Part shown: piece after piece, positions 53,801 to 61,288 of the stretch
How positions within the stretch are numbered: the first letter of the stretch is position 1
How the letters are laid out: every line of letters starts with the position of its first letter
Assembly (NCBI GenBank): GCA_964590105.1
Contig: CAZPYM010000002.1
Span: 90,697-154,696 of the forward strand
Direction: 5' to 3'
DNA from: an uncultured Gammaproteobacteria bacterium
GTDB lineage: Bacteria; Patescibacteriota; Patescibacteriia; UBA11705; JABHMO01
DNA length: 64,000 bases
The notes under the pieces: model-generated
What the model saw: only the letters and a program-made list of their open reading frames with translations
Told to the model about the DNA's origin: nothing
The model's database searches: none
Program-made: the position numbers and the translations under genes

Positions 53801-54649
53801 TCAATAATTTGTTATAAATTCTAACACATTTTTTGCGGTATCAAACTTTGCTTCATGCAATTCCTTTGCCAGCCTTAACCCCCGATAGTACAAGGCAACT
53901 TTAAATATTGGATCATAGTTTTTTTCGTGTCCGTATAATCGTTTTGCATTCGTCAAAAGTATTTTTGCATCCTCTGTGCGATCAGTATAGCCGATCAACT
54001 GCAGTGCTGTGTAGGCAAAATCATAATATTTTAATGACCAACCCGCCCAGCCAGTATCAATCAATAACAATTCGCCGTCATTCAATCTGCCAATATGCCA
54101 TGGCACGATATCATGATGCTGGAATGCCCAGTTACTACCAAACTCACTCATTACACCAATAGCCTGGTCAACAAAGGTTTTTGAAATTAATTCATTTTCA
54201 AGTAAATAGATAGAATTAGTATGGATGTTTTTTTGAAAATTACCTTTTCTAAACATCCAATCATCTTTAATCGTCTGCGGTAGGTCTTTAAATAATATAT
54301 TTCTCATCACCTTTTGCAATTTCATGTATTTATCCAAATAACATTGAATTGGCTCATTGCTACCGCCCAATTCGCCCAACCACACTACCTGTCCTGTTAT
54401 ATCCGAAAACACTATCATTCCATCATCCAAGGTTGTTGGTAGAAACTTAAATCCGCAATCATTTTTCAGAGCAAGATTATGTAAAAATTTTTGGTTATTA
54501 TATTCACGATCGATCATCTTTTTACCGGCGTCAGTCATTGGAGTCTTAATAAAAACTTTTGACGAATCAATTTTTCGACTAGCTAAAACAACCGAATAGT
54601 CGTTAGTTTTCTTAATCGTTGAATTGTAAATATATTTTTCTAATTTCAT
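53801..54649 (-). CDS. Aminoglycoside/choline-kinase-like phosphotransferase (APH family) protein
   Basis: FQHHDIVPWHIG (HxDxxxxN-like) and LLLIDTGWAGW (DxG) are present. ATG at 54649 preferred over the TTG at 54664. Confidence 0.65.
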   Translation of the reverse strand: MKLEKYIYNSTIKKTNDYSVVLASRKIDSSKVFIKTPMTDAGKKMIDREYNNQKFLHNLALKNDCGFKFLPTTLDDGMIVFSDITGQVVWLGELGGSNEPIQCYLDKYMKLQKVMRNILFKDLPQTIKDDWMFRKGNFQKNIHTNSIYLLENELISKTFVDQAIGVMSEFGSNWAFQHHDIVPWHIGRLNDGELLLIDTGWAGWSLKYYDFAYTALQLIGYTDRTEDAKILLTNAKRLYGHEKNYDPIFKVALYYRGLRLAKELHEAKFDTAKNVLEFITNY

Positions 54650-54662
54650 ATAAAGTTTTTCC

Positions 54663-54687
54663 AAATTTCAAAAGGGCTTGAAAAAAA
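54663..54687. repeat. Right arm of the 25-bp perfect inverted repeat
   Basis: aaatttcaaaagggcttgaaaaaaa. See 53717-53741. Confidence 0.8.
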
Positions 54688-54721
54688 ATTAATAAAGAGT
54701 TTGTTTTTTGCTATTTCAGCT

Positions 54722-54960
54722 AACTGGTTTCTATGCGAAAATAGTTCGCCTTTGATACAAAATTGCGCAGTAAAGGCGAAGTTCGGCAATTTGGATGTTA
54801 CTCCGCCACGCGGAAGACTTCATCCAGCGAAGTGATTCCTTTCAGCGCTTTCATCAGTCCGTCCTGGACCATGGTAATCATGCCGTTCTTGACGGCGAAT
54901 TCCTGCATGTCGTATTCAGAAACTTTGCCGCCGAGAATTATTTTTTCAATTTCCTTGGTC
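54722..54960. repeat. Left copy of a 239-bp direct repeat (pilB 3' end plus downstream sequence)
   Basis: Aligns base-for-base, with no length change, to 55570-55808. The coding-homologous part (54798-54960) has 7 mismatches in 163 nt. The downstream part is more diverged. Confidence 0.9.
54798..54960 (-). pseudogene. Detached 3' fragment of a pilB/gspE allele (last 54 codons)
   Basis: Minus-strand translation TKEIEKIILGGKVSEYDMQEFAVKNGMITMVQDGLMKALKGITSLDEVFRVAE*, against TKEIEKIILSGKVSEYDMQEFAIKNGMITMVQDGLMKALKGITSLDEVFRVAE* in the intact gene. Homology ends abruptly at 54960. Confidence 0.85.
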
Positions 54961-54967
54961 GTCTAGC

Positions 54968-54996
54968 TTGACATAGGCCAGAAGATGTGCTATCCT
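54968..54996 (+). promoter_or_regulatory. Sigma70-type promoter of the cassette between the direct repeats
   Basis: TTGACA (54968-54973), 17-nt spacer, TATCCT (54991-54996). The GATGTGCTAT motif is shared with the 32.76-kb promoter. Confidence 0.6.
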
Positions 54997-55049
54997 GATA
55001 AAAGTCAGTAATGGTATTGATAAGTCAAACCTTAACAAAGGAGGAAGTC

Positions 55050-55442
55050 ATGGCAACAGACGGACCAACCCCTGCATCTTGTGATCAAGAGATTTTTCAG
55101 AAAGGCGAGCCCGTGGCCTTTTTGGACGGTAGTTCAAATGCCGTCGAAAATTGGGTTCAAGAAGTCGCCAAAAAGGCAAATGCTCGTGTCGACTGGCATT
55201 ACAGTGGCGGTATCGCTCAGGTCCTTCATTTTGGAGACATGGAAAGCCGCCGGCGTGTTGAAAAAGCAATCGTGAATATGCAGGAAGTCGACAACCCTAG
55301 CGTTATGCGTCGATTAATAGCAGGCTCGCCTGGTTTGTATCGCAAGGGCGTTACAGAAGCACCAAAAGGCGCAGTCGCTGGGTTCATGGATCCGATTTCC
55401 GGCAAGCAAGCCTATATAGTGGTCGACTCAAGCGAGGATTAG
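55050..55442 (+). CDS. Orphan soluble protein, 130 aa (GC-richer cassette)
   Basis: RBS AAAGGAGGAAG. MATDGPTPASCDQEIFQKGEPVAFLDGSSNAVENWVQEVAKKANARVDWHYSGG... I recognised no family. Confidence 0.6.
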   Translation: MATDGPTPASCDQEIFQKGEPVAFLDGSSNAVENWVQEVAKKANARVDWHYSGGIAQVLHFGDMESRRRVEKAIVNMQEVDNPSVMRRLIAGSPGLYRKGVTEAPKGAVAGFMDPISGKQAYIVVDSSED

Positions 55443-55468
55443 TTTACGTATTTTGCGCTCCACTGAAT

Positions 55469-55506
55469 ACCGCCAATATACCACAAAGGTTGAGGCGGTT
55501 TTTTTA
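55469..55506 (+). terminator. Rho-independent terminator of the cassette
   Basis: accgcc...ggcggt stem followed by T8. Confidence 0.6.
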
Positions 55507-55569
55507 TTTAAAAAATTGAAAAAGGGCTTTTTAAAAAATAAATAATTATTTATTTTTTCTTTTTTACGG

Positions 55570-55808
55570 AACTGGTTTCTATGCGAAAATATTTCGCTTT
55601 AGCCGGAAAGTCTGGTAACAAAGGCGAAGTTCGGCAATTTGGATGTTACTCCGCCACGCGGAAAACTTCATCCAGTGAAGTGATTCCTTTCAGCGCTTTC
55701 ATCAGTCCGTCCTGAACCATGGTGATCATGCCGTTCTTGATGGCGAATTCCTGCATGTCGTATTCAGAAACTTTGCCGCTCAGAATTATTTTTTCAATTT
55801 CCTTGGTC
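55570..55808. repeat. Right copy of the 239-bp direct repeat (part of the intact pilB gene)
   Basis: See 54722-54960. The copies are offset by 848 bp. Confidence 0.9.
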
Positions 55809-57436
55809 ATGATCATAATTTCATAAATGCCGATCCGGCCCTTGTAGCCGATGTTGTGGCAAACTTCACAGCCGGGGCTTTTGAAAAATTTCATATTTGC
55901 CAGATCCGGTCGGTCAGGATGGCCTTCGGGTATTGCTTCTAATATTTTTTTGGCTTTTTCCAGTTTTTCCGGTTCCACTTCTGCTTCCTGGCGGCATTTT
56001 TCACACAGCCGGCGGACTAGCCTCTGTCCCATGATTGCATTAAGAGCCGGCGCCATTAAAAATGGTTGGACTCCCATGGCCAGAAATCTGGGAATTGCTC
56101 CGGCCGCGCTATTTGTATGAATAGTGGATATTACCAAGTGGCCGGTAAGCGCCGCGTTGATAGCCACGTCAGCGGTTTCAAGGTCGCGAAGCTCGCCGAC
56201 CATAACAACATCAGGATCCTGACGCAGGATTGAGCGCAGACCATCGGCGAAAGAATAACCTTTGCTATGATCGATTTGGCTTTGGTTGATTCCTTCAAGT
56301 TTATACTCAACAGGATCTTCGAGCGTGATGACTTTAACTCCTTCAACATTTAATTTATTTAAAATCGCGTACAAAGTGGTTGTTTTACCGGAACCGGTCG
56401 GGCCGGTGGTGACAATCATGCCGTTCGGCCGTTCGGCTTGTTCTTTTAGATTGGCAAATGATTTGCCGATTAAACCAAGATCTTCGAAGCTCAGGCCGAC
56501 AGTGCTGGATTTGAGCAAACGCATAACCACGCTCTCTCCCCAGGTGGTCGGTAGTGTGGAAACACGGACATCGATTTTTTCTTTTGTCAGTGAAATTGTA
56601 AAACGCCCGTCCTGCGGCTTGTCAGTAATATTAATTTTCAAACCAGATAATAATTTAACTCTGGAAATAACTTTTGACCAGCTATCTTTGTCAATCGAGG
56701 CGGTATCATGCAAAATTCCGTCAATGCGGAATCTGACTTTTACGTTTTTATCTTCAGCTTCAATATGGATGTCTGACGACCCGGCCTGAATTGAAGCTGC
56801 AATAATCAGCGTAACCATTTCAGTCATGTTTACTTTTTTAATATGAGCATCCAGCGCCTTTAGATCAGTGGCAATTTTTTTGAATTCTTCTAGCTCTTCT
56901 TCCTTGATCTCAACACCGGCAACCGGTTTTTTGTATTTTGGCAGTTTGGCGTAAATGGCCAGCGCTTTGGCCAAATTTCTTTCAGAAATTAAATATATTT
57001 CCGTGTGGGCGCGCAAAGATTCTTCTAGACTGTGCTGAATTTTTTCAATTTCCGGATTTTCTGGCTCAGTGGTGGCCAGGCGCAGTTGCTCGCCAGTATT
57101 GACGAAGCAGACGATTTTTTGTTCTTGGCAAACATTTTGCGGAATGGTTTGTAGAGCTTCGGCGCTTATTGGGAATTCTGTAAAATCAATGTAGGGGAGA
57201 CCCAAGCCTTGCGCATTGGCTTTTATTTTTCCTTCATTTTCATTAATTGTTATTTGTTCCAGCTTGTCGACAAGCTTTTTCGCCACCGGAATATCGTCGG
57301 TTAGAGAGCCTTTTTTGGTTTTGGGAGCAGTTGACTGGCGGTCGTCAGACGCCTGAGACGCAGCTTGCTTGCCCGTAAGGCTGGTTTTGCCTTTGGCAGT
57401 CAGGAGGTCTTCAATTGAGGAGGTTGCTTTGACCAT
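55646..57436 (-). CDS. pilB: Type II/IV secretion system ATPase (PilB/GspE family)
   Basis: 596 aa. Walker A GPTGSGKTTT, Asp box, Walker B VMVGELRD, His box and a tetracysteine motif (CEKC...CEVC) are present. Confidence 0.93.
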   Translation of the reverse strand: MVKATSSIEDLLTAKGKTSLTGKQAASQASDDRQSTAPKTKKGSLTDDIPVAKKLVDKLEQITINENEGKIKANAQGLGLPYIDFTEFPISAEALQTIPQNVCQEQKIVCFVNTGEQLRLATTEPENPEIEKIQHSLEESLRAHTEIYLISERNLAKALAIYAKLPKYKKPVAGVEIKEEELEEFKKIATDLKALDAHIKKVNMTEMVTLIIAASIQAGSSDIHIEAEDKNVKVRFRIDGILHDTASIDKDSWSKVISRVKLLSGLKINITDKPQDGRFTISLTKEKIDVRVSTLPTTWGESVVMRLLKSSTVGLSFEDLGLIGKSFANLKEQAERPNGMIVTTGPTGSGKTTTLYAILNKLNVEGVKVITLEDPVEYKLEGINQSQIDHSKGYSFADGLRSILRQDPDVVMVGELRDLETADVAINAALTGHLVISTIHTNSAAGAIPRFLAMGVQPFLMAPALNAIMGQRLVRRLCEKCRQEAEVEPEKLEKAKKILEAIPEGHPDRPDLANMKFFKSPGCEVCHNIGYKGRIGIYEIMIMTKEIEKIILSGKVSEYDMQEFAIKNGMITMVQDGLMKALKGITSLDEVFRVAE

Positions 57437-57688
57437 ATGGCTTTAATTTATGGATTATCTTGATATATTATAGCTTTTTTATGTTTTTTACACAATTAAT
57501 GAAATATTTCCAATAATATTGCATGCAATCAAAGAGGAGAGCACTGTGAATATTCAATTTGCTAAATTTTTTAATCGTGCTAAAATAGGGGTGCTTGCGA
57601 ATATCAGTCATCAGCCGGGGGCGCTTCAATAGCTCTGGTTGCGACGGATTTTCCAGAGAAGAATATATAATCCATAAGTACAGACTTT

Positions 57689-58552
57689 ATGCCAGTTGAC
57701 AACATTATCGAAGAATTAGAAAAAGGTGGAGCAAAAAAACCTAAAAAAGCTAAGGAGAAAAAAATTGCGGACAAACCGGTCGTTCAAAAAAAAGAATCAA
57801 AACGCGAAGATAATCAATTGTTTAATTTGGTGATTGCCGTCGTGGTGATTCTCGGCATTATCGGGATCGTCTTTGGCTACACCAAGGATAAAATTTCAGA
57901 AATCAGAAAAGGCGGTACAGATGTAACCAAGGGGCTTGAGCAGCAAGTGCTGGTTTTGAAAGATGATATTAATGCTCTCAAAGAAAAAGCTTCCAGCTTG
58001 GAAAAGGATACTATTTCCAATAAAGACGTGGTGATTGACTTGTTTGAGAAAACCAGAAAAATTCCAACCAAGGTAGATGCCAGCAATTGGAATGTTCTGG
58101 GCGACGAGAAATTAAGCTTTTCCGTTAGTTTCCCAAACACTTGGGAAAAGGTTCAGTCAATTGTTGATCCTACCTCAGAACAAAGCGAAACAGCGAGTGA
58201 GGTCGTTTACCTTCAGCCGATCGGCCAGCCGGATTTCCTAAATTCGGTTACCATTAAAAGCGACTATGCTGATTTTGCCGAGCTATCGCTGAAAGAAAAA
58301 ATGGAAATCTTCCAAGACTTGGATTTATTGGATTCATCCAAATTTGTTAATGGGCAGATGCTTTATTTCATCAATTTGGATAAGGATAACAATGAAGTGC
58401 CGACAATAATTATTTTAACTGATGATAATATTTACCGCGCGACTTTTAATATCAGCAATAAGAAACTTTCCGGATACTTTGGCTTTCGCAAAGATTTTGA
58501 AAGTATAGCGGCGACGTTTGCTCTTGTTCCGAAAGTAATAGAAACAGAATAA
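57689..58552 (+). CDS. Hypothetical membrane-anchored protein, 287 aa
   Basis: Lys-rich N-terminus, a single TM (LFNLVIAVVVILGIIGIVFGY), a short coiled coil and then a globular domain. I recognised no family. Confidence 0.55.
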   Translation: MPVDNIIEELEKGGAKKPKKAKEKKIADKPVVQKKESKREDNQLFNLVIAVVVILGIIGIVFGYTKDKISEIRKGGTDVTKGLEQQVLVLKDDINALKEKASSLEKDTISNKDVVIDLFEKTRKIPTKVDASNWNVLGDEKLSFSVSFPNTWEKVQSIVDPTSEQSETASEVVYLQPIGQPDFLNSVTIKSDYADFAELSLKEKMEIFQDLDLLDSSKFVNGQMLYFINLDKDNNEVPTIIILTDDNIYRATFNISNKKLSGYFGFRKDFESIAATFALVPKVIETE

Positions 58553-58648
58553 CGATATTATTTGAATAATGCTATAATGAAAGGCGAGGCCGCGAGCTTC
58601 GTCTTTCGAAGTTTTAGTGGATATTATTAAAAACCAATGTAATTATTT

Positions 58649-59029
58649 ATGCAATTTCACTGGCGTTTATTTATTGCTTTGCTGGTTATCTCTATTTTTG
58701 TATCCGGTGGAGCTGTTTATTTTTGGCAGCAAGGCGTTCTAATGAATGACCAAGTTTCGATACAGCAAGCTGATGAAGTTAATCCAGTTGAACTGCAAAC
58801 TGTTCCGGCGGCAGAATGGCGGGAAACGGTGCGCTATTATTGCGAACAAAGCGGCGGTGCGTTTATTAATGACAACTGCGACTGTCCTTCGGAGTTCGGG
58901 GCTGATATGTATGAGAAACCATCCGGCCAGTGTCAGACTACTTATGGCGGTCCCGGCGGCGAGCTCGGACAAGCAATGAATGCCTGCATCGGTCTGCATT
59001 TGCAGTTGGATGAATGTTTGAATAAGTGA
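58649..59029 (+). CDS. Hypothetical membrane-anchored Cys-rich protein, 126 aa
   Basis: N-terminal TM (LFIALLVISIFVSGGAVYFW). The extracytoplasmic part has 6 Cys. I recognised no family. Confidence 0.5.
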   Translation: MQFHWRLFIALLVISIFVSGGAVYFWQQGVLMNDQVSIQQADEVNPVELQTVPAAEWRETVRYYCEQSGGAFINDNCDCPSEFGADMYEKPSGQCQTTYGGPGGELGQAMNACIGLHLQLDECLNK

Positions 59030-59077
59030 TTAGCCTGGAACGTGGAGAGTGATAAAGTGAAATTAATTTTATATTAT

Positions 59078-60031
59078 ATGGAATCAATTTTTAAACAAAG
59101 AATTGGTTATAAGGGGGATTTGAAGGAAATTGCAAAAGATATTTGTAGAGATTTTAGTTTTGGGCATTTTGTGAATTGTAAAACAGTTCTCATAGGTTAT
59201 GAAGATTTTAACTTCTTTTTAGAAACAACAGAGGGCAAATTTTTCGTAAAAATATTTTCGAATGAAAGAACGCTTGATGATTGCAAACGAAACGTTGAAG
59301 TAATCGTAAAAGCATTGGAAGCCGGCGTTTCTGCTCCGGGGTTACACAAATCACCACAGGGATATTTACATCTTCTGGAGATTGATCAATCAATATTAAG
59401 GATTTGCGTCATGAATTTTATTGATGGGGAAGATTTTTTTACTTCTGGGGCAAAAATTACCCGAGAAGATATGCTTTCATTGGCACGCCAAGCGTCTTTG
59501 ATCAATTTAATAGAAGTTAAACCGCCCAAAATTTATGATCCATGGGCGATTACTAACTTTTCCCTGGAATTTGAAAAGAAGAGCCAATACTTAGAAAAAG
59601 AGGATTTTGATATTATTAAGACACTCGTTGAAAGATTCAATAATTTCAAAATAGAAACATTGCCTTATTGCTTTGTCCATGGGGATATTATTAGAACTAA
59701 TGTAATTAAAGATAAGAATAATAAGATTTGGATCGTGGATTTTTCTGTTTCAAATTACTATCCGCGCATTCAGGAATTGGCAGTGTTGGCTTGCGATATC
59801 TTATTCAATAAGGATAACAAAGAAGAAAGTGAACAAAATTTTAAGGGGGCTTTAGAAGAGTATCAAAAAATAATAAAATTAACCGTAAGAGAAATTGAAG
59901 TTTTACCAAATTATATTAAATTTGCTCATGCCATGCATGTACTATCTGCAATCTATGAGAAGAAGGTTAACGGTAATGGCTCTAACGAAAATGAATATTT
60001 TCTTAGTATTGGAAAAGCTGGATTAAAATAA
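59078..60031 (+). CDS. Phosphotransferase-family (APH/homoserine-kinase-II-like) kinase
   Basis: CFVHGDIIRTNVI (HxDxxxxN) and IWIVDFSVSNY (DFS) are present. ATG at 59078 preferred over the GTG at 59042. Confidence 0.7.
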   Translation: MESIFKQRIGYKGDLKEIAKDICRDFSFGHFVNCKTVLIGYEDFNFFLETTEGKFFVKIFSNERTLDDCKRNVEVIVKALEAGVSAPGLHKSPQGYLHLLEIDQSILRICVMNFIDGEDFFTSGAKITREDMLSLARQASLINLIEVKPPKIYDPWAITNFSLEFEKKSQYLEKEDFDIIKTLVERFNNFKIETLPYCFVHGDIIRTNVIKDKNNKIWIVDFSVSNYYPRIQELAVLACDILFNKDNKEESEQNFKGALEEYQKIIKLTVREIEVLPNYIKFAHAMHVLSAIYEKKVNGNGSNENEYFLSIGKAGLK

Positions 60032-60116
60032 ATTGATTAAGGTCTCTTTACGTCTTTTTCTCGTCTGTACGTTTGTAATTTGTTGTTTGTAATTTGTAAT
60101 TTAAATTGTTATTATT

Positions 60117-61205
60117 ATGTCTTTTTCAATCGGAATAGTCGGCTTGCCCAATGTTGGCAAATCAACCTTGTTCAAAGCTTTGACTAAAAAACAAATCGAT
60201 ATTGCCAATTATCCTTTTTGCACCATTGAACCGAACAAGGGAATTGTTTTGGTCCCCGATGAACGGCTGGATCAATTGGCAACGTTTTCTAAATCAGAAA
60301 AAATTATTCACACAACCATTGAATTCGTGGATATTGCCGGTTTGGTCAAGGGTGCGCACAAAGGCGAGGGGCTCGGTAATAAATTTTTACATAATATTCG
60401 TGAAGTGGATGCCATCTGTCACGTTGTTCGCAATTTTCATCTGGGCGACATTATCCATGTTGATGGCCGGGTTGATCCGGCGCATGACGCGGAAGTTATT
60501 GACATTGAGCTGGCTTTTGCTGATCTGGAAATAGTTACCAAGCATTTGGTCAAGTTAAAAGATAAATTAAAGGGCGCTTCGGCCAAAGAAGAAAAAGACG
60601 CCAGAAAACTGGTTGAATTTTTGCAAACAAAAATTATCACGGCCTTGGAAAACGGGCAAGGCATTCGAAAGCTTGGCCTGTCAGCAGAAGAATTAGAAGG
60701 AATTAAATATTTAAGCTTACTTACCGCCAAGCCGATGATTTATTTATTAAATGTTGATGAAGATAAAGTAAAAGAAATTCCGCAAATTCCGTTTTTGCAG
60801 GGAGAGGTGGTGATTCCCATCTGCGCAAAGGTAGAAGCTGATTTGGCAGAATTGTCAGAAACAGAGGCAAAGGAATATTTGACAGAACTGGGAGTTTCCA
60901 TGTCCGGACTGGATAATATAATTTTAGAAGCATACAAGGTTTTGGATCTAATTAGCTTTTTGACGACCGGGCCAAAAGAAACCCGCGCCTGGACAATTGA
61001 GCGCGGCACCAAAGCGCCGCAGGCTGCCGGTAAAATTCATGGAGATTTTGAAAGAGGCTTTATTGCTGTGGAAATTATCAATTGGCAGAACTTGATTAAT
61101 GCTGGTTCTGAAGCCCTGGCCAAAGAAGGGGGATTGATTCGTTTGGAAGGAAAAGAATATGTGGTTCAGGACGGCGACTGCTGTAATTTCCGGTTTAATG
61201 TGTAG
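60117..61205 (+). CDS. ychF: Ribosome-binding ATPase YchF (Obg-family)
   Basis: [33 protein letters not shown] and a C-terminal TGS-like domain ([10 protein letters not shown]...VVQDGD) are present. Confidence 0.95.
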   Translation: MSFSIGIVGLPNVGKSTLFKALTKKQIDIANYPFCTIEPNKGIVLVPDERLDQLATFSKSEKIIHTTIEFVDIAGLVKGAHKGEGLGNKFLHNIREVDAICHVVRNFHLGDIIHVDGRVDPAHDAEVIDIELAFADLEIVTKHLVKLKDKLKGASAKEEKDARKLVEFLQTKIITALENGQGIRKLGLSAEELEGIKYLSLLTAKPMIYLLNVDEDKVKEIPQIPFLQGEVVIPICAKVEADLAELSETEAKEYLTELGVSMSGLDNIILEAYKVLDLISFLTTGPKETRAWTIERGTKAPQAAGKIHGDFERGFIAVEIINWQNLINAGSEALAKEGGLIRLEGKEYVVQDGDCCNFRFNV

Positions 61206-61288
61206 GTTAGTTAAATTTACAGAAAATATTGACAAAAACTAAGGATAGTGTTATCATTAATTATAATTAACAGAGTTCATAATAAATA

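Noticed and set aside
54763-54966. 67-aa plus-strand ORF
   Set aside because: It lies antisense to the detached pilB 3' fragment. The region is explained by the direct repeat.
25453-55506. Interpreting the cassettes as an integron cassette array
   Set aside because: The cassettes are dispersed between core genes rather than arrayed. Each has its own promoter. I found no attC-like imperfect palindromes of conserved architecture and no IntI-type integrase with an adjacent attI. The only recombinase is Xer-like.
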